A stretch of DNA of 64,000 bases, taken from contig OZ223302.1 of the NCBI GenBank assembly GCA_965140705.1, positions 448,001 through 512,000 on the forward strand, in the 5' to 3' direction. Position numbers and translations under genes: made by a program. The notes under the pieces were generated by a model. The model worked only from the letters and a program-made list of their open reading frames with translations, was not told where the DNA came from and ran no database searches. Below are positions 54,254 through 62,818 of this stretch, piece after piece; position 1 is the first letter of the stretch; each line of letters starts with the position of its first letter. Source of the DNA: an uncultured Arcobacter sp. Lineage in GTDB: Bacteria > Campylobacterota > Campylobacteria > Campylobacterales > Arcobacteraceae.

Positions 54254-54853
54254 CTAATTTGCGATGCTAACCATTGCAGGTCTTAAAAGTCTCTCTTTTA
54301 ACATATAACCTTTTTGCATAACTTGCACAATTTCACCTGTTTGTTTATCTTCACTATCCACTTGCATAATTGCATTGTGAAAGTTTGGATCAAACTCACC
54401 ATCTGTTTCTACAACTGTAATATTGTGTTTTTCAAAAGCTGTATAGAAGTTTTTAATTGTAAGTTCTACACCCTCTTTTAATTTAGCAAGTAAATCTTCT
54501 GCACTAAGATTTGTTGCTGCTTCTTCAGCTGCTAATGCCATCTCTAATGTATCAATTGGAGATAATAAGTCTTTTGCAAATTTTTCACTTGCATAATCAA
54601 TTGCTTGATATTTTTCTTTTTCTAATCTCTTTTTGATATTTTCAAAATCCGCATGAACTCTTAAATACTTCTCTTCTGTCTCTTTTAATTTCGCTTCAAG
54701 TTCAGCAATTTTGTCTTCTGCTGTTAACTCTTTCTTTTCTTCACTTGCAGTTTCTTCTTTAGAACATGAAGACTCATCTTTACAACACTCTTCGTTTGTC
54801 TCAACTTCTTGTTCTATTTCTTCGTTCTTTGTATTTTCTGTATCTTTACTCAA
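54254..54853 (-). CDS. grpE: nucleotide exchange factor GrpE
   Basis: [33 protein letters not shown]. Confidence 0.97.
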   Translation of the reverse strand: MSKDTENTKNEEIEQEVETNEECCKDESSCSKEETASEEKKELTAEDKIAELEAKLKETEEKYLRVHADFENIKKRLEKEKYQAIDYASEKFAKDLLSPIDTLEMALAAEEAATNLSAEDLLAKLKEGVELTIKNFYTAFEKHNITVVETDGEFDPNFHNAIMQVDSEDKQTGEIVQVMQKGYMLKERLLRPAMVSIAN

Positions 54854-54863
54854 AATAACTCTC

Positions 54864-55655
54864 CTAATTCATACTTATTTTATTATAAAAGAATTCATAA
54901 TCTTTTGACAGTTCTCCAACCACCAAAAGTTTAGATTCTTTACTGTTAATTATACAATCATGACAAATACCAATATATCCCTCAGGGACTATTGTGTCAA
55001 AATAAATAGCATTTTCAATGCTCTCAAAAATAGTTCCTTTTAGAAACTTTTCAATAGTATCTTCATCATAATTAAATCTTAATACCAATGAAAAAAATTC
55101 TTTAGTATTAAAAATTCTAAAGTCTCTATTTTTCAAAAATTGGTTTACTGATTCATATACTTCGTAAGCACCAACTTGCTTAGAAATATTTACAATATGT
55201 ATCAGTTCTAAACCTATCATATCACTTAAAAATCTATAAAGAGCATCTGTAAACTTTACAGTTACATTAAAAGTTGAAAACTCTAAAATCATATATCGAT
55301 TTTCTACATTAAGTATATTTTTTAAAACATCGCTAGTTTGTTCTAATATAAATGCTGTCAATCCAACTTGAGAAGAATAATAATCAACTGCTTTTTCATC
55401 TACAAAATTGAGTTTAAAGTTTAACTTTGAACTCCAATATTGTCTCAAAGCTTCTGTTGTAGGTGTTCTGCCACTACTCACATGTTCTTGAGCCAAATAT
55501 CCCTCATCACCCAACTTTTTAAAGTATCCTCTAATAGTAGCTGGTGAATATGTGATATCATACATATTCTTAAGCTGTGAAGAACCTATAGGCTCTAGAT
55601 GCTCAATATATGCTTTGATAATAGATTGTAATAAAAACTCTTTTTTGTCAATCAT
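54864..55655 (-). CDS. hrcA: heat-inducible repressor HrcA
   Basis: [30 protein letters not shown] at 55655 preferred over the ORF-track start. Confidence 0.93.
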   Translation of the reverse strand: MIDKKEFLLQSIIKAYIEHLEPIGSSQLKNMYDITYSPATIRGYFKKLGDEGYLAQEHVSSGRTPTTEALRQYWSSKLNFKLNFVDEKAVDYYSSQVGLTAFILEQTSDVLKNILNVENRYMILEFSTFNVTVKFTDALYRFLSDMIGLELIHIVNISKQVGAYEVYESVNQFLKNRDFRIFNTKEFFSLVLRFNYDEDTIEKFLKGTIFESIENAIYFDTIVPEGYIGICHDCIINSKESKLLVVGELSKDYEFFYNKISMN

Positions 55656-55675
55656 TTCCAACCAATTTTGTTTAT

Positions 55676-55702
55676 TTAGCACTCATAATCTTAAACTGCT
55701 AA
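55676..55702. promoter_or_regulatory. CIRCE-like operator 1
   Basis: TTAGCACTC-N9-AACTGCTAA vs consensus TTAGCACTC-N9-GAGTGCTAA. Confidence 0.85.
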
Positions 55703-55705
55703 ATA

Positions 55706-55735
55706 ATTATACTCAATTGAGTGTTTATTTGTCAA
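55706..55735 (-). promoter_or_regulatory. sigma70 promoter of hrcA-grpE-dnaK
   Basis: Minus strand TTGACA (55735-55730), 18 nt, TATAAT (55711-55706). Confidence 0.75.
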
Positions 55736-55736
55736 G
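55716..55736. promoter_or_regulatory. HAIR-like (HspR) site overlapping -35
   Basis: ATTGAGT-N7-TGTCAAG vs consensus CTTGAGT-N7-ACTCAAG. Confidence 0.5.
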
Positions 55737-55742
55737 TATTTT

Positions 55743-55769
55743 TTAGCAATTAATAAATAAAAGTGCTAA
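55743..55769. promoter_or_regulatory. CIRCE-like operator 2
   Basis: TTAGCAATT-N9-AAGTGCTAA. Confidence 0.75.
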
Positions 55770-55838
55770 TTTGTTATTTAGAGTTGAGTTAGTGGGGTTT
55801 ATAGAAACTTAATTTTAAGTAAATTTATACAATTCTAT

Positions 55839-56353
55839 TCTCTTGAAGACTTAGCAGTCTTCGCTTTTCTTACTTTTGTATTGACAAAAAGTAAGCAAAA
55901 ACAACTACGGCTGCGAAGCCAAAGGTTCCCTCACTTTTTATTTTTATCTTTTCTGATTGGTAAAACTCGTTTATTAAAACTTCCATTTAGGAACTTTTAA
56001 ACACTCAGACAGTTACCAATCTTATTTCAAAAAGAGAAAAATAAACGCTCAGCTTCTGTAGATGTAGCAATATATTTGGTGTCTAAATATTACTTTATAA
56101 ACTAGCAGTTAAAACCATCGTCTTTTCTTTCTGCCTTTGATGAAGCTGGAAGTTATATATTTATTTTCGGTAAAGCCCGAAACTGTTTGAGCGTTAAGAA
56201 ATGACCTAAACGGTCATTTTAGTGAGTTTTGCAGGGCAGGAAATAAATATATAACTGGAAGGTAGCTTGCCTTCATCAATTCGGCAGTCTTTTTTGCTTA
56301 CTTTTTCGAGATCAAAAAGTAAGAAATGCGGAGACCTTTAGGTGTCCATGAGA
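55839..56353. repeat. bipartite inverted structured non-coding element (two diverged ~220 bp units)
   Basis: Unit A 55845-56067 and reverse complement of unit B 56131-56347 share ordered motifs and hairpins. Confidence 0.8.
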
Positions 56354-56356
56354 GTA

Positions 56357-57262
56357 TTAAATTAAATCCAATTCTTCACTAATATCTTTGATAAGTTTAG
56401 AAAGTGGACGTTTATTTATATCTTTATCCTCTACATAACCACCAGTTATATGTTTTAAAACATCTTCATGATTTTTAAACAAAGTTCCCTCATATTTTTG
56501 AAAAAGTTCATCAACATAACTTTCATTATAAACTTGTGCTTTTTGGATAAGTTCTAAAACGATGTCCTTGTGTTCTTGATATAAAGTTTCCAAAGCAAAA
56601 TCTTCTTTTATTTTTTTTGCTTTATCATCTAGTGTTTCAAGTTTTAAATCAAAGCCTTTTTCATCATAAAAAAATTTGCTATTTTTAATTTTTAATTTAA
56701 ATTTTGCATAATCATTAAAACTATCTTTGTATGGATGAAGATGTGTAATAGTTGAGAATTTAGCTGTACTTTTTAATCTTGAATTACACAATATACAAGA
56801 TGGTATCAAATTATAAAACGATAAGGCTAAAATTGGATATGTTCCTTTGTCATAAAAATGGTCAAAATCTGGTCTTGTTGATTTACTATTTTTATCTTTT
56901 ATTGTAAAAGTATAGTTTCTATTACAATATGGACAAACATTTACTTTTAATTTTTTGGCTAAATCATAAGCATTGTAAGTTGTTGTTCCTTTTGATGAAA
57001 ATTTTGAATAACCAACACTTCCACCACAATCTTTTCCACCAACAAATGCTTTTTTTAATTTGTTATTATCAATATTATTTTGTTTTATTATAGATATAAT
57101 ATTTTCAAATTCATCAGGTTTTGCTTTTAAAATATATTCAATATTTTGTTTTATAAAAATTCTTTCTCTGTTTTGTAAAACTTCATATTTTATATACTGT
57201 TGTACTTTTTCTACATGATTTTTTAAAATCTCTTCTTCATTTTCAAGATGAATTTTAATCAT
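56357..57262 (-). CDS. HNH endonuclease, Septu PtuB-like
   Basis: CPYCNR...DFDHFYDK..YPILALSFYNLIPSCILCNS. Confidence 0.85.
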   Translation of the reverse strand: MIKIHLENEEEILKNHVEKVQQYIKYEVLQNRERIFIKQNIEYILKAKPDEFENIISIIKQNNIDNNKLKKAFVGGKDCGGSVGYSKFSSKGTTTYNAYDLAKKLKVNVCPYCNRNYTFTIKDKNSKSTRPDFDHFYDKGTYPILALSFYNLIPSCILCNSRLKSTAKFSTITHLHPYKDSFNDYAKFKLKIKNSKFFYDEKGFDLKLETLDDKAKKIKEDFALETLYQEHKDIVLELIQKAQVYNESYVDELFQKYEGTLFKNHEDVLKHITGGYVEDKDINKRPLSKLIKDISEELDLI

Positions 57263-57615
57263 TACTCAAAATCATTACTAAGTTTTAAAATCTTTGTTTC
57301 AAGTTCTTCTAAACTATCTCTTAAAATATCTTCCACAATTGCTAATCTAACTCTTTCATAATCATGAGCAATAAAATTTCTTACATCATAAGAACCTTTA
57401 GCTTCTTGTGTCAAATTATATTTATCAATAATTTCTTTATCAATTTTATTTAGACTCTCTCCAATTTGAAGTAAAGCCATCAATATTGCAGGTTGGGCTT
57501 CTAATTCATCTTCAAGTGCTTTTACTATTCCACCATGTTTTGAAATAATTTTTTTAATATTATCTATCATCTTTAAGATAAATTTTGTTTTTGCGTAAGT
57601 TGAGATATTAGACAT
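57262..57615 (-). CDS. HEPN (DUF86/HepT-like) ribonuclease toxin
   Basis: LLQIGE, RNFIAHDY (RX4H-Y) motif; follows MNT. Confidence 0.88.
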   Translation of the reverse strand: MSNISTYAKTKFILKMIDNIKKIISKHGGIVKALEDELEAQPAILMALLQIGESLNKIDKEIIDKYNLTQEAKGSYDVRNFIAHDYERVRLAIVEDILRDSLEELETKILKLSNDFE

Positions 57616-57925
57616 ATTTTACTTCTTTTAAAATAAACTCTTTTCCAATCTCATTTAAAGTATCTTTATCTACAAAATCAACCTCTTTTTGTAACTCTTT
57701 TTTTAAAAATTCTTTTGTATCCGCAAGTTTTGAGAAAGCAGTAAATCCTTTATATTTTTGCATAAAAGCTTTTATATCTTGTATTTCATAAAGAATATCA
57801 ATATCACTACTATGAGTATAATCTCCCCTTGCATAAGAACCAAATATACCTAAAATATTTATTCCATCACTATTAAGCATAGGTTTGATGAGTTTTAATT
57901 TTTCATAAATATCATTGGCACTCAT
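57608..57925 (-). CDS. minimal nucleotidyltransferase (MntA-like antitoxin)
   Basis: GIFGSYARGDYTHSSDIDIL (GSX10DXD), VDFV. Confidence 0.9.
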   Translation of the reverse strand: MSANDIYEKLKLIKPMLNSDGINILGIFGSYARGDYTHSSDIDILYEIQDIKAFMQKYKGFTAFSKLADTKEFLKKELQKEVDFVDKDTLNEIGKEFILKEVKYV

Positions 57926-57926
57926 T

Positions 57927-59480
57927 TTATTTTTTTCCTTCTAATTTTTCTAGTTTTTCTGTTAATTCTTTAATTTCTTCTTTTATTGTATCAATTTCTG
58001 TTTTATTTGACAACTCCATTTTGTTTTTTAACATTCTTTGTAGTTCTCTTTTTATAATGGGTTCACCAATTATATTTATAATATTTTGAGCATCTTTATC
58101 ATTATTTATTGTAGCATTTTTGTCATTATTTAAATATTTTATTACATTATCAATTTTACTCTTAGCAAACTCACCCATAAGCCCATCTTTCATAAAAAAA
58201 CCATGAGAAAGTAAAGTGTGAATGTTTGCTCCAAAAGTTTGTTGATTATCTTCAAATGGGCAAACTTGTTTTCCTTTTTCTAAAAATACTACATTTTCTT
58301 TTGGTAAGTCTGAAAGAATAAAAGGTGAATGAGAAGAAATTATTAGATTAAATTTAGTATCAAGTTTTTTTATAAAATCAATAATTTCTATTAAAAATCT
58401 TTTTTGCCAATTTGGGTGTAAACATAGTTCTATTTCATCAAAAGTGATTAATAAATTATTTTGATAATTTTCTATTGTTCTATAAAAAAAATAGAGATTT
58501 AAAAATATTCCAAAAAACATTTGTTCACCAGTACTTAAAGAGCTCCAGTTTCTTTCTTTTGAATCAATATAATCTATTTCAAAAAAATAGTTAAAATTAT
58601 ACAAATAAAAATCTTTTTCTTCTTTCTTTAATAAATCTAAATCAAGTATTTTTTCATTAAAAAAAGTATTGAATTCTTCTTGTGTAATATAACTTTTATC
58701 TTTTTTAAATTCATTTTCTAAATAGTTAATATCATTTAATTTTTCTATTTCAAAAAGGTTATTTTCTAAATGAAATAAAATAAGAAATTTATGATAGTAA
58801 TCATCTATTTCTTCAAATAACTCTAACAATTCTGAAGAGTTAGTAACTTCTTCATTTTCATCATAAATTATCTGATTAAATAATTCAGAAAAGTCTATTG
58901 GCTTGATTATTATAGTTGATGGAAAATAAAAGATTTGATTTTTTGGAAAAGGTTGCTCTTCTTGAATATGCATACTCATAAGTTGGTTTATTTCAAAATT
59001 AGACAATTTTATATTATTTATTTTATTTTTATAATTTAGATGTCTTTTTTTATCTTCACTATATTTTTCTTCTATGCTGTTAAAATATGTTAATACCGAT
59101 ATATTATGAATATCTTTAATTAGAGTATTTTCTTTTGTAAAATCAAAATTACTTTGATAGTGTATATGATTATTTATTGATATTAAAAGAATATATTTTG
59201 TTTTTAATTCTATATTTATTTTAGAACAAATTATATTTAACAATGATTGAATAGAAGTCTTTCCACTTCCATTCTCACCAACAATAGCAGTAACATTTAT
59301 ATCTTTACTAAAAAAATCTTTCAAAGGATTTTCTTTAGAAGTTATTTTTAACTCACTTTTTTCAGATAATTTATCATCTTCATAAATAGGTGTAAATTCA
59401 CACTCAAAATTCGGAGAAAAATTAAATCCCTGTTTCTTTATATTCTTATAGTCCTCAACCCACAAATAAACTAATTCCAT
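57927..59480 (-). CDS. ABC/AAA ATPase, Septu PtuA-like
   Basis: GENGSGKT, LSTGEQ, FDEIELCLHPNWQ, SSHSPFILSD, TFGANIHTLL..GFFM. Confidence 0.85.
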   Translation of the reverse strand: MELVYLWVEDYKNIKKQGFNFSPNFECEFTPIYEDDKLSEKSELKITSKENPLKDFFSKDINVTAIVGENGSGKTSIQSLLNIICSKINIELKTKYILLISINNHIHYQSNFDFTKENTLIKDIHNISVLTYFNSIEEKYSEDKKRHLNYKNKINNIKLSNFEINQLMSMHIQEEQPFPKNQIFYFPSTIIIKPIDFSELFNQIIYDENEEVTNSSELLELFEEIDDYYHKFLILFHLENNLFEIEKLNDINYLENEFKKDKSYITQEEFNTFFNEKILDLDLLKKEEKDFYLYNFNYFFEIDYIDSKERNWSSLSTGEQMFFGIFLNLYFFYRTIENYQNNLLITFDEIELCLHPNWQKRFLIEIIDFIKKLDTKFNLIISSHSPFILSDLPKENVVFLEKGKQVCPFEDNQQTFGANIHTLLSHGFFMKDGLMGEFAKSKIDNVIKYLNNDKNATINNDKDAQNIINIIGEPIIKRELQRMLKNKMELSNKTEIDTIKEEIKELTEKLEKLEGKK

Positions 59481-59564
59481 AATAACTCTTTAAATAAAAT
59501 ATTTATAGATATGTTACATGAATGTTATTTAAAAATTAGAATTTCGACACTTTATCAAAAATAC

Positions 59565-59688
59565 AAAAAAGCCATATTTTTGTAAAGGTCAAGGCGAAGA
59601 TTAAAATTGATGATTGAGCTTACAGAAGGTAAGTGATTGAATTAATTTTGATATTCAACGCAGAGATTTGCAAAAAGATGGCTTTTTT
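59565..59688. repeat. 124 bp ERIC-like imperfect palindrome
   Basis: AAAAAAGCCAT...ATGGCTTTTTT ends; core AAGGCG...GAGCTTAC-N5-GTAAGTGA...CAACGCA. Confidence 0.7.
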
Positions 59689-60043
59689 ATTCTATGTCGA
59701 TGTCCCAGATGACAGATACTCCGTACTCTTGACTTAGCGTTATATACTTCTGATAAGTAACCTTATCTTTATACTTCTTCGAATGAAAAGTAACGACCAC
59801 ATCTTCTCCATTTAATAAAGCTCTTACTTCTCTTTGATTTAAATACTTCCCATACTTCCTCAAAGAATTTTGCCAAATCTTAAAATCACAAGTTGCATCA
59901 GGAGTAAGTTCAAAGAGTTCTCCATCTTCACTGTACCACTTAGCATTAGAGCAGGCATAAAGTTCTACTTTCTTGCCATTTATCTCTTTTTTTCGTACTT
60001 CTATTTGTCCATTTTCACAATAAGGACATTTTCCTAGAATCAA
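59687..60043 (-). CDS. stand-alone topoisomerase C-terminal zinc-ribbon/repeat-like protein
   Basis: LGKCPYC..., YACSN, CDFKIW...LL.G motifs resemble topoisomerase I/III C-terminal repeats. Confidence 0.65.
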   Translation of the reverse strand: MILGKCPYCENGQIEVRKKEINGKKVELYACSNAKWYSEDGELFELTPDATCDFKIWQNSLRKYGKYLNQREVRALLNGEDVVVTFHSKKYKDKVTYQKYITLSQEYGVSVIWDIDIE

Positions 60044-61188
60044 TTATACGCCTTAAATATTTTTCTATTTGAATATACAAAAATAAAAATTACACAAAGT
60101 AAAAACATACAAAGATATATTGTGTTGTTCCAACCAAAAGTTTGATAGAACATTGGAGGAATAATTGAACCAACTGTTCCACCTATGTAATAGAAACTTA
60201 AGTACATACCTGAGGTTAATGATTTTTGTGATTCTTTTAGGGAGTTTGCCATTCTAGTACTAACCGTATGAACTGTAAACATTCCTAAACAAAATAAAAA
60301 TACATTTAGAAATATGATAAGTGGATTTTCTACAATATATAGTGCTGTTGAGATTAAAAAGATTATTATTCCAAAAAGTATAGTTTTCATCTCTTTATCA
60401 AAGAATTTTATAATCTTATGAATGAAAAGTGAGACAACTATTCCAACCCCATATCCTAAATATAAAAGTCCTATCTGGCTCTCACTTGTACTTGGATCTA
60501 ACTCTTTAAGTCTAAAAGGCAAAATATTTAAAACCCCTGCAAATACAAAAAATATAGAAAACATCAAAAGATATATTACAAAAAATCTTTTATCTTTTAA
60601 TATATGTGTTATATCTTTTATTGTGGCTTTTGTTAAATGTGCTTGGGCATCGTAATTTAATCTTGTGACAAAAAATAAGCCAATAAGTGAAGCGAAAGAT
60701 AGAGATAAAAAAACCATTTGCCAAGAAAAATATGTGGCAATATATCCTGAAAATACCCTTCCTACTAAACCACCAAAAACGGTTGATGCCACATAAATTG
60801 ACATATTTAGTTTCACATTTACTTTATCTATGTTTGCTAAAATACTCATAGCTGCAGTTAAAATTGCTGGTATTACTATTGCTTCTATTGTTCTTATTGT
60901 TAAAAACATCTCATATGATGTAGAAAAAGATAAAAAAGTATTTGTAACAGCTAAAATAAGTGAGGCTGTCAATAAAACTCTTTTTGCATTTACTCGCTCT
61001 AATATATAACCATAAATAATAGGTGCAATTGCTAAAAAAAGCATAATCACTGCTGTAAATTGTGAAGATTTTACAATTGATACTTCAAACTCTTTTGCAA
61101 GTAAGGGTTGAAGTGGTTGAGTTGCATACATTACTGATAATACAATTACAATATTGTATATTATTATAGAGAGTTCTTTTGTTTTCAA
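60040..61188 (-). CDS. MFS transporter (YnfM-like)
   Basis: MYATQPLQP, YVASTVFGGLVGR, YLSFYYIGG, ~12 TM. Confidence 0.9.
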   Translation of the reverse strand: MKTKELSIIIYNIVIVLSVMYATQPLQPLLAKEFEVSIVKSSQFTAVIMLFLAIAPIIYGYILERVNAKRVLLTASLILAVTNTFLSFSTSYEMFLTIRTIEAIVIPAILTAAMSILANIDKVNVKLNMSIYVASTVFGGLVGRVFSGYIATYFSWQMVFLSLSFASLIGLFFVTRLNYDAQAHLTKATIKDITHILKDKRFFVIYLLMFSIFFVFAGVLNILPFRLKELDPSTSESQIGLLYLGYGVGIVVSLFIHKIIKFFDKEMKTILFGIIIFLISTALYIVENPLIIFLNVFLFCLGMFTVHTVSTRMANSLKESQKSLTSGMYLSFYYIGGTVGSIIPPMFYQTFGWNNTIYLCMFLLCVIFIFVYSNRKIFKAYN

Positions 61189-61213
61189 TTTTGTCCGATT
61201 TTAATATAAATAA

Positions 61214-61243
61214 AAAAAGGTGAGAAATAATTCTCACCTTTTT
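61214..61243 (-). terminator. intrinsic terminator after response regulator
   Basis: AAAAAGGTGAGAA-ATAA-TTCTCACCTTTTT. Confidence 0.8.
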
Positions 61244-61263
61244 AGAAGTTAAATATCTATAAA

Positions 61264-61980
61264 TTACATATATGGTAATTCTATAATATAACCGTAACCT
61301 TTTTGAGAAATGATAAAATCATCATCAATAATTTTATCTTTTAGTCTTTTCATCACTGTTCTAAATGCAGAATCATTTGTTGTCAAGTCACCCCAAACAT
61401 CTTCTTTAAATTTTTCTACAGAAACTACTTCACCTAAGTTTTTAATTAAAACTTCTAAAATTTGAGACTCTTTTTTAGATAGTTTTACACTTAATCCATC
61501 TTTGTATAATAAACTTCTTGATCTATTATATGTATATGTATTATTTAAAACTAAAGGAGAATCATCCTCTTTAGCATCTTTTTTAGCACTTATTAACTCA
61601 TCATTTGCTTTTTGAAGCATATCCATCATATCATCTACATTTAATGGTTTAACAAAATATCCTAAAACTTTCAAATTAATAAGTTTTAATAAATCTTCTT
61701 CATTTTTGTGCGCAGAAACTATAATAAACTTTTGATCTGGAACAATTTCCAAAATTTCATCAATCATTTCAATACCATCTTTATTTGGCATTTTAATATC
61801 TGTTAAAACTAAATCAAAACACTTATCATTATTAAAACTTTCTTTATAAAAATTGATTCCTTCTTGTCCATCACTTGCTACGACTACTTCGTCGAAGATT
61901 GTATTTAAATAAAAAGATAACGTTTTTCTAGCGACTTCTTCGTCTTCTACTAGTAAAACTCTAGTTGTACATGTACTCAT
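61264..61980 (-). CDS. orphan OmpR-family response regulator
   Basis: LLVEDE, TDIKMP, VKP, winged helix KGYGY. Confidence 0.92.
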   Translation of the reverse strand: MSTCTTRVLLVEDEEVARKTLSFYLNTIFDEVVVASDGQEGINFYKESFNNDKCFDLVLTDIKMPNKDGIEMIDEILEIVPDQKFIIVSAHKNEEDLLKLINLKVLGYFVKPLNVDDMMDMLQKANDELISAKKDAKEDDSPLVLNNTYTYNRSRSLLYKDGLSVKLSKKESQILEVLIKNLGEVVSVEKFKEDVWGDLTTNDSAFRTVMKRLKDKIIDDDFIISQKGYGYIIELPYM

Positions 61981-62092
61981 ACAGAGCTCCTATGTTTTAT
62001 ATATAATTAATTATTATACTTATTATACCATTTTTTTACTTTTTTTCTTTAAACAGAAAAATTATAAAAATTAATTTAATTTAAATTAATAT

Positions 62093-62818
62093 TTAGTACT
62101 TAACTTGTGATAAGTATAGTCCATTGGGAAGTGCTGGGGTTTTATAGACATATTTTTCCCTCAAAAGCTGAGATTTTAAATCACTATTTGAAAGTTTTCC
62201 TTCTGAGATTTTTAATAAAAAACCAACCATAATTCTAATTTGAGACCTTAAATAAGAGTTTGCTTCAAATCTAAAAATATAAAAATCCTTATATTTGTAA
62301 AATTTTGCATCAAAGATCTCTCTTACTTTATTATCTTTTTCACTACCACTTTTATGAAAATATTCAAAATCATGGACTCCAATAAAAAGTTTTATTGCCT
62401 CTTTTATTTTCTCTTCATCTATTTCTTTTACAAAGGTAACATAATTTGTTAAAAAAGGACTTACTTCTTTTGTAGAGATTACATATCTATATACTCTTTT
62501 TTTAGCATGAAATCTTGCATGAAACTCATCACTTACTTTTTGAATCTTTCTTATTCTAATAGAACTTGGTAACTTATAGTTCATAACTTGCTTTAACTTT
62601 GAAAAATTTGACCAATAAGAAGGAATGACTATATTAAAGACTTGCCCTGTAGCATGAACTTGTTTATCTGTTCTTCCACTAAGAGTTATTTTAGGCTCTA
62701 TATTTAATATCTTAAAGACTTCAATTAATCTATCTTCTACACTTTTTTTATTTGTCTGTCTTTGTGAACCTTGATAAGAAAATCCATCATAAGAGATTGT
62801 CATTTTTACATTCATCAA
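62093..62818 (-). CDS. truA: tRNA pseudouridine(38-40) synthase
   Basis: SYDG, SGRTDKQVHATGQV, FHARF, YLRSQIR, GLYL. Confidence 0.96.
   Translation of the reverse strand: MMNVKMTISYDGFSYQGSQRQTNKKSVEDRLIEVFKILNIEPKITLSGRTDKQVHATGQVFNIVIPSYWSNFSKLKQVMNYKLPSSIRIRKIQKVSDEFHARFHAKKRVYRYVISTKEVSPFLTNYVTFVKEIDEEKIKEAIKLFIGVHDFEYFHKSGSEKDNKVREIFDAKFYKYKDFYIFRFEANSYLRSQIRIMVGFLLKISEGKLSNSDLKSQLLREKYVYKTPALPNGLYLSQVKY

Noticed and set aside
55770..56356. Possible CRISPR array, tRNA, tmRNA or riboswitch in the long intergenic region
   Set aside because: No direct repeat-spacer periodicity, no cloverleaf/T-loop, no recognised aptamer; the structure is two inverted units
55839..59688. Retron (msr-msd + RT + PtuAB) interpretation
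   Set aside because: No reverse transcriptase (no YADD-type ORF) in the locus, and the large structured element lies downstream of the effectors rather than upstream
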